In this document: one piece after another, positions 50,771 through 60,780 of the stretch | Layout of the letters: every line of letters begins with the position of its first letter | How positions within the stretch are numbered: position 1 is the first letter of the stretch | Assembly (NCBI GenBank): GCA_021772635.1 | Contig: JAJFLP010000076.1 | Coordinates: 1,654 to 65,653 of the forward strand | Source: Verrucomicrobiota bacterium | GTDB taxonomy: Bacteria; Verrucomicrobiota; Lentisphaeria; JABSQK01; JAJFLO01 | DNA: 64,000 bases | Direction of reading: 5' to 3' | Translations under genes and position numbers: made by a program | Notes under the pieces: model-generated | Told to the model about the DNA's origin: nothing | The model's database searches: none | The model's input: only the letters and a program-made list of their open reading frames with translations

Positions 50771-52456
50771 ATGAAACAAATCATTATTAATCACGAAAAA
50801 CTGCAGACTAGAATCGCGCTTGTCGAAGACGGTACAATTCAAGAATATTATACAGAGACAAGCGAAAAAAAACGAATCGTCGGATCCGTTTTCAACGGAA
50901 AAATAACCAACTTAGAACCGTCGCTGCAAGCTGCGTTCGTCGATATTGGACTCCAGAAAAATGCGTTTCTTCATTATTGGGATATGATTCCAGCGACGAA
51001 GGAAATGTTGGAGAAAGAGCAATCGCCTGACTCCGGCAATGACGACATCGAAATTCCCGATACCACCGACGTTGAGGCTCCTGAAAACGGCAGTCTAGGG
51101 AAATCACTAATATCGTTATTATCGAATCCAAAAGGGCTGTTTAAGGAAACGAAGAAAGACGATAAGCCGCCACCACGACCTAGGTCGAGACGGCCGCGAG
51201 GCGGAAAAAAGCAGGAGAAAACAGTCGACGTCAGCGATATTCCGAAACGATTTAAGGTTAAGTCTGACGTCATCGTTCAAGTCACGAAAGGCCCGATAGG
51301 AACCAAGGGACCGCGGGTTACGACTAACCTCAGTATTCCCGGACGATATGTCGTTCTGCTCCCGAATTCGACGCACCTGGGAATTTCCAAGAAGATAGAG
51401 GACCGCGCGGAACGGCAGCGGCTGAAGACGATCGTGCGCAACCTTAATCTCCCAAGTCGGATGGGATTAATCTGTCGGACTGCGGTAATGGGATTGAGCG
51501 AGAAAGCGATCGCGATTGACGTCCGGTTCCTATTGGAGAAATGGATCGCCGCCGAGCAGACGATGGAAAAAAAGAAATCGCCAGTCTGCATCTATCAAGA
51601 GCCGAACCTTCTGGAACAGACTATTAGAGACTCACTGACTCATGATATTGATGAAATAGTTGTCGATTCGAAAAAGGCATATGAGCTGATCCGTTATAAT
51701 ATCCGAAAGCTTGATAAAAAAGATCAAACGCGAATCAAATTATATAATAGCCCGAAACCTATCTTTCAGTCATACAACATCCATAATCAAATTCAGGCCA
51801 TATACGGACGCCTTATTCCGCTGCCGAGTGGCGGAGAATTGTGCATCGACGAAACAGAAGCGCTGATTGCTATCGACATTAATTCTAAGAAAAGTCGCGG
51901 CGGAAAGGATCATCCCGAAACGATTTTGAATACGAACCTGGAAGCTGCTGAAGAGATTGGACGACAGTTTCGACTCAGAAATGTCGGTGGCCTGGTAATT
52001 ATTGATTTTATTGATATGCGGTCGAGGAAAGATCGAACTGATGTGCAGGAGAAGATGAGGGAGGTCCTCTCACGAGACCGGGCGAAAACGAAAATACTGC
52101 CAATTTCAAAATTGGGTTTAATGGAGATGACGCGGCAGCGGGAGTACGAGAGCCTGCAAGATGCAACGTTCGTAAATTGTAATTATTGTAACGGGAAAGG
52201 TTTAGTTAAATCCTCAATCACAATTAGCATTGAACTACAACGACGATTACAGGAGTTACTTCGCCGGGACAGAGGGACAACGCCTATCCGAGTGCTGGTT
52301 CATCCAACCGTCCTTGCACGACTTAAGGAGGACGATGCCAGCGTACTTGAGAGTATGGAAAAAGAATTCGGTGGAGATCTGACGTTTCGGGCGGATCCCG
52401 ACATTCACCACGAGGAATTTGAATTGATTAATATGCGCTCGGGAAAGAAAATTTAG
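50771..52456 (+). CDS. Ribonuclease E/G family (Rne/Rng) with an insertion in the S1 domain
   Basis: LQAAFVDIG, KGPIGTKGPRVTT, AIDINS, IIDFIDM, CNYCNGKG; GAGG RBS. Confidence 0.93.
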   Translation: MKQIIINHEKLQTRIALVEDGTIQEYYTETSEKKRIVGSVFNGKITNLEPSLQAAFVDIGLQKNAFLHYWDMIPATKEMLEKEQSPDSGNDDIEIPDTTDVEAPENGSLGKSLISLLSNPKGLFKETKKDDKPPPRPRSRRPRGGKKQEKTVDVSDIPKRFKVKSDVIVQVTKGPIGTKGPRVTTNLSIPGRYVVLLPNSTHLGISKKIEDRAERQRLKTIVRNLNLPSRMGLICRTAVMGLSEKAIAIDVRFLLEKWIAAEQTMEKKKSPVCIYQEPNLLEQTIRDSLTHDIDEIVVDSKKAYELIRYNIRKLDKKDQTRIKLYNSPKPIFQSYNIHNQIQAIYGRLIPLPSGGELCIDETEALIAIDINSKKSRGGKDHPETILNTNLEAAEEIGRQFRLRNVGGLVIIDFIDMRSRKDRTDVQEKMREVLSRDRAKTKILPISKLGLMEMTRQREYESLQDATFVNCNYCNGKGLVKSSITISIELQRRLQELLRRDRGTTPIRVLVHPTVLARLKEDDASVLESMEKEFGGDLTFRADPDIHHEEFELINMRSGKKI

Positions 52457-52797
52457 AATTGAAACGAATCGAACGTCGGAATAGATTCACGTCGGTATAG
52501 TTTACAGAGTACCGGCTTATTGCAATATTTCTTTCGCAACGCGCTTTTCGGACATATACGGCAAGCGGTACAAGTTTCGGTCCGGATTACCCGAGACTCT
52601 TCCCGCACGAGCGGACTCCGAGAATACGGAGAGACGACTTCAAAATGATTTATGTAAGAGACTCCGAACTATTTTTCGTCCGGCGTGCGGGATGAAGACG
52701 TTCGGTATGCATTACGCGGCAGGCAGTTGTCTGAACAACAACTCGGCCAAAAAAGCCGGAAATCAACACAAACACCAGACAGGAAAGAGTAGATTCT

Positions 52798-53712
52798 ATG
52801 CAATACGACGATAATGGCGCCTTACTTAAATCAACGATTCCAGAGCTACCGCCGCCGAAGCGCGGAAAAGTCCGGGATATTTATGAAGTTGACGATTGTC
52901 TCCTATTAGTAGCAACCGACAGAATCAGCGCATTTGACTCAGTAATGCCGAACGGAATTCCAGATAAAGGAAAAATTCTCACGTCGATCTCTAAATTCTG
53001 GTTCGAGGTTATGGAGTGGATGCCGAACCATATGATAACCGCAGACGTGTCGGAGTACCCGGAATCGCTGGCAGCGTATCACAGTGACCTGAAAGACCGT
53101 TCAATGCTCGTGAGGAAAGCGAATCCGCTACCGGTAGAGTGTGTCTCGCGGGGATACTTGATCGGCTCTGGTTGGAAAGATTACCAGGCTACGGGGAGTA
53201 TTTGCGGCATCGACCTGCGACCTGGATACCGTCTTGCCGAAAAGCTGGATACACCGTTGTTTACACCCGCGTACAAAGCTCCGCAAGGCGAGCATGACGA
53301 GAACATCTCATACGCGAAAGTCATGGATCTAATCGGCGCAGACGCAGCCGCGTTCCTCAAGGAACAAACAGAGAAACTCTATATTGAAGCCGCAGAATTC
53401 GCTCTGAAGAAGGGGATTATCATCGCTGACACGAAGTTTGAATTCGGCGTATTTAACGATGAAATAATTCTGATCGACGAAGTGCTTACGCCGGACTCGA
53501 GCCGTTTCTGGCCCGCAGCAGACTACGTCGCGGGAAAAAATCCGCCCAGTCTCGATAAGCAGTTCGTCCGCGATTATCTGGAATCTGTCAGCTGGGATAA
53601 ATCTCCCCCTGCCCCGGAATTACCAAATGATGTTGTTGAAAAAACTCGTGAAAAATACTTACAAGCATTTTACGAGCTAACTGGAAATTACTTGAACGCA
53701 CCTTCTTCGTGA
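52798..53712 (+). CDS. purC: SAICAR synthetase
   Basis: GKVRDIY, TDRISAFD, ADTKFEFG, DEVLTPDSSRFW, DKQFVRD. Confidence 0.97.
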   Translation: MQYDDNGALLKSTIPELPPPKRGKVRDIYEVDDCLLLVATDRISAFDSVMPNGIPDKGKILTSISKFWFEVMEWMPNHMITADVSEYPESLAAYHSDLKDRSMLVRKANPLPVECVSRGYLIGSGWKDYQATGSICGIDLRPGYRLAEKLDTPLFTPAYKAPQGEHDENISYAKVMDLIGADAAAFLKEQTEKLYIEAAEFALKKGIIIADTKFEFGVFNDEIILIDEVLTPDSSRFWPAADYVAGKNPPSLDKQFVRDYLESVSWDKSPPAPELPNDVVEKTREKYLQAFYELTGNYLNAPSS

Positions 53713-53978
53713 TCTGTATCAGCCGTTCGTTCAGGTGCTGGTGTGCTGTCCCGCAGAAACTTCCGCCGTTGTTCATTCTGGACAGCAGAACTATGGCGCG
53801 ACCTGATGTCGGATAAGAAATTCGAGTACTTGCTTGATCAATTTTAAGGCGCCGCACTCTCGGTATTTTCGGTCCGAATTGCCGGTCCCGCATAAGCGAG
53901 GATCCCGATAGTGCGGGACCATTATCCGGACGGAAATTGGCCTGCTCGCGGTCGAATCAAAAAAAAGGAGTTAGAATA

Positions 53979-54977
53979 GTGTTTTGTCGATTATTGACGG
54001 TAAGTCTTCTACTGACCATATCTGTTGGCGCCCGGGCCAACGACGTGGATACAGGTTGGAAACCCGAGGCGACCTGGCGACAGAGTGCCTCGCCTAACTC
54101 CGTTACTGCGCTCATTAAACAAGCGGAGTCTTTCGAAGAGGATGGCGACTACTCCAAAGCCCTGAAGTATTACGGTAAGATCGCGGACAAAAGTATTAAC
54201 CTCGCGAATAAAGCGAAAGCTATATATGCCCAAGGCCGATGCTTGCAAAAGCTCTCGAAACCGTGGTTGGCGTTTAAGAAGTTTCGAACAGCTGTAGATA
54301 ATTATTCAAGTTTTGTCCCATACATCGACATATTGAACCGGGAATTCGAAATTGCGAAGGACAACTTCGATGGTGGACAGGATAAATTTCTTATATTCGC
54401 GTTTTCTACTGACACGAAAGCGATCGAAATTTACGATCATATCGCAACCGTTGGGCCCTACGCTCCGTTTACACCGGAGGCGATTTATCGTTCAGCGCTA
54501 CTTTCATACGATCTAAAAGAATACGACGACGCCGCCTCGAAGTTTCGCCAGATTATGACGAAATACCCCGCGAGTGAATTCGCTAAGGATGCTCGTCTGG
54601 ATCTGGCCGTGACACTGTTAAGGAATTCCGTCGATGCAAATGGCGACGGGACACTGGTAGGCGAGGCGCACCAGCTGATTTCACTGTTTGTGAAACGTTA
54701 TCCCGATCACGAGAGAATCGATGAGGCGAACGAACTGTACCAGTCGATCAGGTCGACCAAGGCGAAAAGGCTACTATACCTCGGGGAATTTTACCGGCGC
54801 GAACCTCACAAAAGAAACGACGCGTCCAAACGATATCTAACAGAGCTTATGGCTAAATACGACAACACTGAGAGTGCACAGCGCGCAGCCGAACTTTTGG
54901 CGATTATCACAGCAGAAGAGTCGATCGAAGAGGCTCCCAAGGTTCAGCCGGAAAATACAACGGATGCCGAGCAATAA
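53979..54977 (+). CDS. BamD-like TPR outer-membrane assembly protein
   Basis: Signal peptide, TPR helices, YPASEFA, LGEFY; AAGGAG before GTG 53979; upstream of the LptE-like gene. Confidence 0.65.
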   Translation: MFCRLLTVSLLLTISVGARANDVDTGWKPEATWRQSASPNSVTALIKQAESFEEDGDYSKALKYYGKIADKSINLANKAKAIYAQGRCLQKLSKPWLAFKKFRTAVDNYSSFVPYIDILNREFEIAKDNFDGGQDKFLIFAFSTDTKAIEIYDHIATVGPYAPFTPEAIYRSALLSYDLKEYDDAASKFRQIMTKYPASEFAKDARLDLAVTLLRNSVDANGDGTLVGEAHQLISLFVKRYPDHERIDEANELYQSIRSTKAKRLLYLGEFYRREPHKRNDASKRYLTELMAKYDNTESAQRAAELLAIITAEESIEEAPKVQPENTTDAEQ

Positions 54978-55042
54978 CCGGCTCCAGGAACAAGTTCGAG
55001 TTCCTTGATCAGGTGCTCGTAGCGCTCGCATACCGTAACGCA

Positions 55043-55435
55043 ATTCATTTACATTGGATTACGTCTAATACATACTCGCAGTAGAAACTTTATGCATAGA
55101 TCAGGCTAGCCTGCATTATGCACAAATTTCGTCATGAGAATACGTAGCTTGTTTTAGGTTAATGAGTTATGGAGGTTGTCGGGGTGAAAGAATATTGCAA
55201 TATTTCGAGATCCGACGTTCTTCATAACTCTTTTAGATGAAACAAGATACGTATTCGCAATAGAAAGTTTATGCATAATATAGGCTAGTCCCAATTCCAG
55301 CGAACTTTTCGTTGGATTTTCTTCGTAATCGTAATCATACTCGTAATCCCTTTCCAAATTTCATTTCGAAAAACCAGAAAGATTACGAGTAAGATTACGA
55401 TTACGAATCGGAGTGTTCGCTTATTTTAGGACTAA
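55043..55435. mobile_element. Chain of three MITEs (partial A, full A variant, C) joined by shared CTAG
   Basis: Junction CTAGs at 55106 and 55285, terminal CTAA at 55432; similar to 60567-60780 and 10237-10375. Confidence 0.8.
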
Positions 55436-55464
55436 TTTCGAATCGTTTCACTGACAGGAAGATT

Positions 55465-56010
55465 ATGAGCCTACGAAGAAAATGTCAATTTACATCACTC
55501 GTAATGTGCGCACTCTCGGGAGTGTTTTTTTGTGGTTGCAGTCATTACCAACTGAAGCGAGAAAGTACGTTACCAATAAGCAAAATTGCGGTCGGCAAAA
55601 TTGAGAACTTATCGAATGAACCGAAGCTCAGTGCGTACCTACGGAATAAACTACCCGAGTTCTTAATGCAAGACGGCACGTTAAAGGTCGTATCTTCTCA
55701 AATTGCAGACGCGGTTATCGATACGAGAATCTTGGCATACGACGTAAACGGCGTCGGCGAAGTACGAATACAGTCAAGGGAAGAAGATCAACGTAATTAT
55801 CGAACAGCGATATACGAGATCTACGTCGATTTGGAGTACTCTGTCACAGTACTGGGGAATGCTGAATTAGTGATTCCACCAGGCAAAATACGAGGAACTG
55901 CGGAATACACCGAGCTCGTTGACAATGACATCGTTAGGCAAGATGGGTTAAAGAAAGCCACAGCGAATGCTTGCGCGAAATTGGTAAGCGCGATCACCGA
56001 TTCGTGGTAA
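55465..56010 (+). CDS. LptE-like LPS assembly lipoprotein
   Basis: Lipobox-like FFCGC, then HYQL; C-terminal ITDSW; size 181 aa. Confidence 0.7.
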   Translation: MSLRRKCQFTSLVMCALSGVFFCGCSHYQLKRESTLPISKIAVGKIENLSNEPKLSAYLRNKLPEFLMQDGTLKVVSSQIADAVIDTRILAYDVNGVGEVRIQSREEDQRNYRTAIYEIYVDLEYSVTVLGNAELVIPPGKIRGTAEYTELVDNDIVRQDGLKKATANACAKLVSAITDSW

Positions 56011-56213
56011 TTATTGACCTTCTTGAAGATATACTGCCCGCGATCTGTCCCGCATAAGCGAGGATCCCGACTCGCCGAGGTCGGGAAATCGGGATTTGTC
56101 AACAAGCAGTACAATTTTTCGGGTGACCTTGGATGAATTGGCCAAGCGATTTCGGACAATATTTTTTAACCGGCACTCTGCTGGCCGGCAGAACTGATGA
56201 TATTCAGTATACC

Positions 56214-59200
56214 TTATTCTTCCCCGTCCACGGAGTCGAGCGGTACAACCTCTGCGATGGACCAGCTATCATCCTTTCTTCGTAGACGGTATTCGTAAAA
56301 GAGATCCGTTTCCGGAAGCCCGGCCAGCGCATGACGCATTATAACTACGGCAATTACTCGGTTATCTTCGATCCGAAATGATTGTAGAATATGCTCGAAT
56401 ACCAACCCGGGTTGTCCCATCAATGACGACAGCGCCACGGCATGATTCCTATCCTGAAGGATCATAACAAGCCGTGCCCTGTTCCCGTTGCGAACCGCCG
56501 AATCCAATTTTCGAAACAACTGGTTCAAGCGATTTTCGCGTCGTCGATCACTCATTAGCGCGCGCAGTTCCTGTAACTCTCGTTCACCGATATGTTTCTT
56601 GCTTTCAATCGATTTAAAGGTGCTTTTTATCGTCTGAAAATCTACTCGCTTGTCCTTAAGCAACGCGCGGATCTGCTTTACATCCCGTACGGCCGGTGTC
56701 ATTTCCGGGTCAACCAGACTGCCCGATAACGGTATCGTAGTCCCCGTAAATGCGGACGCGCCCGCTAAGCCAGATGATGCGTCGAGCCCCTTTCCGGCCG
56801 ATAAATCAGGGCCGGAATCCGATGCCTTTGTCGGAGACACAGCGTCGATCGATTTCGCCATATCAGTTCCGGCTGCTTGCGCGCTCCCACCGCCCCCTGC
56901 CCTGACCAAAGCATTCGCTAGGCGATTCCCAAGCGCACGCCATTCATGGTCACTGGGTGATTTGGCCACTGCTGACTCAACGATTTTTCGGCACCCTTCA
57001 TAGTCGCCGGTGGCGAACAATAACTCGGCAGATCGGAGGGCGTTTTCGCGATCGTCAATACGCTTAATTAGCTCGGCGGCAGTTCGATTATCCGGGAACA
57101 ACTCGAGAACATCTCGGGCACTCTGTCTTGAATCATTGAATTTACCATGCCCCCACTGTTTTTGAGCCAGTTCTAACACTGCCTCTGTCTCGACTTTATT
57201 GAGTTCCTTCAGTAATTCGTCCCAAACGGGGTCGTTTGGCCAAGCCCTTTCAGCAGCAGCGATTGCCTGACGGCAACCGGGAAAATCGCCGCGCAGGCGC
57301 AGGTCCTTGATCGACGTAAGTATTCGCTCCCGCTCCTTGAGCTGCTGGACCATATCGCGAGCCAAAACATTTCCCGGAATCAATTTCCGCGCCTCGCCAA
57401 ACATCATATTCGCAGCTTCGTAGTCTCCGCTTTCATACGCTACCCGAGCCTTGGCAAGCAAAGAGTTTCCTTCTTGATTATTTAATATCCGCTGCAAGTG
57501 GCCCCATGCCGGATCATTAGCTGCATCTTTCAATTTCGTAGAAATTTGTTTGCGAGATTCGACAAACTCCCCACCCTCGATTAGGGATGTAACATGGGCA
57601 AGCATCCGGGCGCGCTCCTCTAATCGCTCGATGATGTTCTTGGCCTCTCGATTCTCCGGACGGAGTGCGAGTACACGCTGCGCGATTCCAAATGCTGCCT
57701 CGGTATCCCAATGCTCTAAGGCAGCATGCGCCTGTTTTAACGCCCATTTTTCCTCGCCCTGATTCAGTTCTTCCAGAAGATCGCTCCAAATCGGGTCGTT
57801 ACGCCAGCTATCCTTGTGCGCGAGTATGAGTCGGCGCGCTTCGAGAAACCGATTTTCGCCAATATTCGCTCGCGTCTCGGCGATCACACGATCGCGTTCT
57901 TCGTAGTTCGCTGCGGCTACCCTTGCGTCCTGATTATTCGGTAAAAGTTCAAGGACACGACTGATATGCGCGCGCGCGACTTCGTATTCGGCCTTATCGA
58001 ATTCACCGATAGCTAGTTGAAGGGTTTTCTCACCTTCCGCCTGATTGAGTTCCTTGAGAAGTTGCCCCCAACCTGCGTCGTTTGGGAACGCCGCCAAGTT
58101 TTCGTTTACCACCTTACGACTTTCCTCGAATGCCTCCCGTTCTATCAATTTTCGGATGTTTCTCAGCTGATCATCGCGTGCATCAAGTCGCTTAATAAAA
58201 AGCGTCGCGGGTTCCTTGTCGATGGACAGCATCAAGGCTCGCACCGCGTGCATCCGCGCATCTTTCACTTCGTTCGCCGCGAATGCGCGCTTAGCTGTCT
58301 CAAGCAAGCTCTCGCCTTCAATCGCATCAAGTTCCGCCTTGACCTCCAGCCAATCAGCGTCACGGGAATTAACTCGAAGATAAGAATTTCCAAGGTCGCG
58401 AGACAACGAATAATCGCCGTTCAACAGAAATTTTCGCGCTTGTTCCAGATCTTTCTCGCGCTTTTCCAAGCGCGCTAACACGAAGAGGGCATGCCGATCT
58501 TTCGGATTCGTTTCAAGAATACGCTGCGCACTTGCGCCAGCCGCCGCGAAATGTCCGCGGTTGAACTGGGCGGTCGCTAGCTTAATAAAGTACTTCGCTT
58601 CATGCAGGTTCAACTTGCGGTGGAGTACGATCCATTTAGCGTCCGTAGGGGCTACCGCAAGGTGCGAATCGATAACCTCCCGCGATTGTATAAACTTGTG
58701 ATCCGACAGTAACGCGCGCACCCGTTTACGCGACAAATAATCTGATTTCATGACATACAAACCGATCGCCACTAAAATGACCGCGAATGTAAAGATCGTC
58801 GAAACTGCAGCGATAAATCGGCGAGAGATCAGTCTTTTGCGATGCTTTCTCGGGGGCTCCTCTAGTCCCGCAAAAAACTCCCTCTCCCGATTCTTGGGGT
58901 CGAGGATCTCTGGAATCAGTCCTTTGCCTTGCTTCAAACGTTCTATATCTGCAATCAAATCATTTGCACTCTGGTATCGATTGTCCGGGGACTTCTGAAG
59001 ACATTTAAGTACAACGTCTTGGTATTCTTCCGGGATTTCCGGAACCATCTCCCGTGGAGAGACAGGCTGGACGTGATTGTGCTGGTAGATCACAGATGTC
59101 GGATTATCGCCGCGAAACGGGAGGATACCGGTCAGGAGTTCATAGAGAACTACTCCAAGCGCGTAAATGTCAGTACGATGGTCGCAGTAATCACCGCGGC

Positions 59201-60050
59201 CCTGCTCAGGACTGAAGTAACTCACCGTCCCCATTGCCGTGCCAGCCATCGTAAGATCGGTCACTTCGCCACTTATTATCTTGACTAAACCGAAGTCTGT
59301 AATCTTTACGAGACCTTTCCGGGTAATCATAATATTTCCGGGTTTGATATCGCGGTGAATTATATCGTACTCGTTCGCTACGGAAAGACCCCGAGCCGCT
59401 TGCTGAATGATATCCACCGACTCCCGAAAAGTCGGGCGGAATCCCATCTTTAACCGCTCTGCCAGGTCATTCCCTTCGATGAATTCCATTACGAAATACT
59501 GCTGGTCCTCGTGTTTGCCTGCAGCGATAACCTGAACGACCTGAGGAGATGAGATTTTGGCCAGCGCCTTCGCTTCAAGTTCGAAGCGTTTCAGAAATTT
59601 TTCATCGGTGGCCAAATTAATCGGAAGGACTTTCACAGCGACCAGCCGATCCAAACTAATCTGACGGCCCTTGTAAACCGTTCCCATACCTCCTTGCCCG
59701 ATGGTCTCATAAATTTCGAAGTCCCCCCAGACCGTCACCTCAGGTTCTGATATTGGGGGAGCGGGAGGCGGGGTTTCGATCGATTCAGCAGGTGTACTCC
59801 GGGGTTCACGCGGTTCGCGTAGGCGGGTATCGGCATCCATATCAATCTCGCCGGGCCCGGAGGGAGAATCAGCGTTCCGCGGTACCGGCGTAATTACGGT
59901 CGGGACCTCGTCGGTATTCTCCCGGACTGGCTCGGGCGAGCGCCCGGATAACGCTGAACCACGCGCACTGTCGTCTGCAGCATTCCTGTGGCTACGCCCT
60001 TTAGCAACGTCGTCTTTGGATCCGGATTCGTTGTCATTAGTCGAATTCAT
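56214..60050 (-). CDS. Membrane Ser/Thr protein kinase with an extracytoplasmic 94-aa TPR-like repeat
   Basis: GQGGMGTVY, VAVK, HRDIKPGN, DFG, SPE; TM segment; repeated D-x-x-W units. Confidence 0.92.
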   Translation of the reverse strand: MNSTNDNESGSKDDVAKGRSHRNAADDSARGSALSGRSPEPVRENTDEVPTVITPVPRNADSPSGPGEIDMDADTRLREPREPRSTPAESIETPPPAPPISEPEVTVWGDFEIYETIGQGGMGTVYKGRQISLDRLVAVKVLPINLATDEKFLKRFELEAKALAKISSPQVVQVIAAGKHEDQQYFVMEFIEGNDLAERLKMGFRPTFRESVDIIQQAARGLSVANEYDIIHRDIKPGNIMITRKGLVKITDFGLVKIISGEVTDLTMAGTAMGTVSYFSPEQGRGDYCDHRTDIYALGVVLYELLTGILPFRGDNPTSVIYQHNHVQPVSPREMVPEIPEEYQDVVLKCLQKSPDNRYQSANDLIADIERLKQGKGLIPEILDPKNREREFFAGLEEPPRKHRKRLISRRFIAAVSTIFTFAVILVAIGLYVMKSDYLSRKRVRALLSDHKFIQSREVIDSHLAVAPTDAKWIVLHRKLNLHEAKYFIKLATAQFNRGHFAAAGASAQRILETNPKDRHALFVLARLEKREKDLEQARKFLLNGDYSLSRDLGNSYLRVNSRDADWLEVKAELDAIEGESLLETAKRAFAANEVKDARMHAVRALMLSIDKEPATLFIKRLDARDDQLRNIRKLIEREAFEESRKVVNENLAAFPNDAGWGQLLKELNQAEGEKTLQLAIGEFDKAEYEVARAHISRVLELLPNNQDARVAAANYEERDRVIAETRANIGENRFLEARRLILAHKDSWRNDPIWSDLLEELNQGEEKWALKQAHAALEHWDTEAAFGIAQRVLALRPENREAKNIIERLEERARMLAHVTSLIEGGEFVESRKQISTKLKDAANDPAWGHLQRILNNQEGNSLLAKARVAYESGDYEAANMMFGEARKLIPGNVLARDMVQQLKERERILTSIKDLRLRGDFPGCRQAIAAAERAWPNDPVWDELLKELNKVETEAVLELAQKQWGHGKFNDSRQSARDVLELFPDNRTAAELIKRIDDRENALRSAELLFATGDYEGCRKIVESAVAKSPSDHEWRALGNRLANALVRAGGGGSAQAAGTDMAKSIDAVSPTKASDSGPDLSAGKGLDASSGLAGASAFTGTTIPLSGSLVDPEMTPAVRDVKQIRALLKDKRVDFQTIKSTFKSIESKKHIGERELQELRALMSDRRRENRLNQLFRKLDSAVRNGNRARLVMILQDRNHAVALSSLMGQPGLVFEHILQSFRIEDNRVIAVVIMRHALAGLPETDLFYEYRLRRKDDSWSIAEVVPLDSVDGEE

Positions 60051-60566
60051 TGTACACCGGGAGACTTTATTCTCTTAAAGAAGCGCTTGCGCAAGTTAGT
60101 TCGGATTAAACCGGCCCTGCATTATACAGGCTAGCCTGATCTATCGGCAACAGACAGTTTCACGGGATGATATCACTCCGACGTCGCTAACAAGGAATGA
60201 AGACTTAATCCAATAAGTAAAGACAAATACGCAGTACAATCCCCTTCCGATTGAGCCTGGCTATCCCGTTTTACGAAAAAGTACACCGCCCAATCTGAGT
60301 GGGATGTGAGTCAAATGCCCCGTGCAGGGAGACCTGATATGATAAAGCGTGAATGTCACTTATTCAATGGCAAACGGCAAGTCGATCAGTCGACGGCATA
60401 CGCCGCCGGTTAATAGGTGCCCGTCCACAAATTATCGGGCATCGCGGAGACCTATTTTCATACGCCAACCACCGTTATGCAGGAAAAATCCGCCATTCCG
60501 TTGGTACACGATTTCGCGGTCTATACGCTAATCGTCGTACGAGAGGCTGATTGAGGGGCAAGAGAC

Positions 60567-60780
60567 CTAGCCCGATCTATGCATAAAGTTTCTACTGCGA
60601 GCATGTATCAGACCTAATCTAAATGAGTTACAAAGAACGTACGATCCCCGCGGTCGCGGGACTAGGCGAAGAGATCCAGCCGACATTTCGCTATTCCTTC
60701 AGCCGTACAACCTTCGTAACTTATTGATCTCAGGCCAGCTAAAAGAGCTCGTAACGAAATTGATGCATAGATCAGGCTAG
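60567..60780. mobile_element. Family-A MITE (214 bp)
   Basis: TIR ctagcccgatctatgcat / atgcatagatcaggctag; the right CTAG contains the GT2 stop codon. Confidence 0.85.

Noticed and set aside
60240-60560. 6S RNA or other ncRNA upstream of the kinase
   Set aside because: Only a weak ccaggctcaa resemblance; I could not build the long rod structure by eye.
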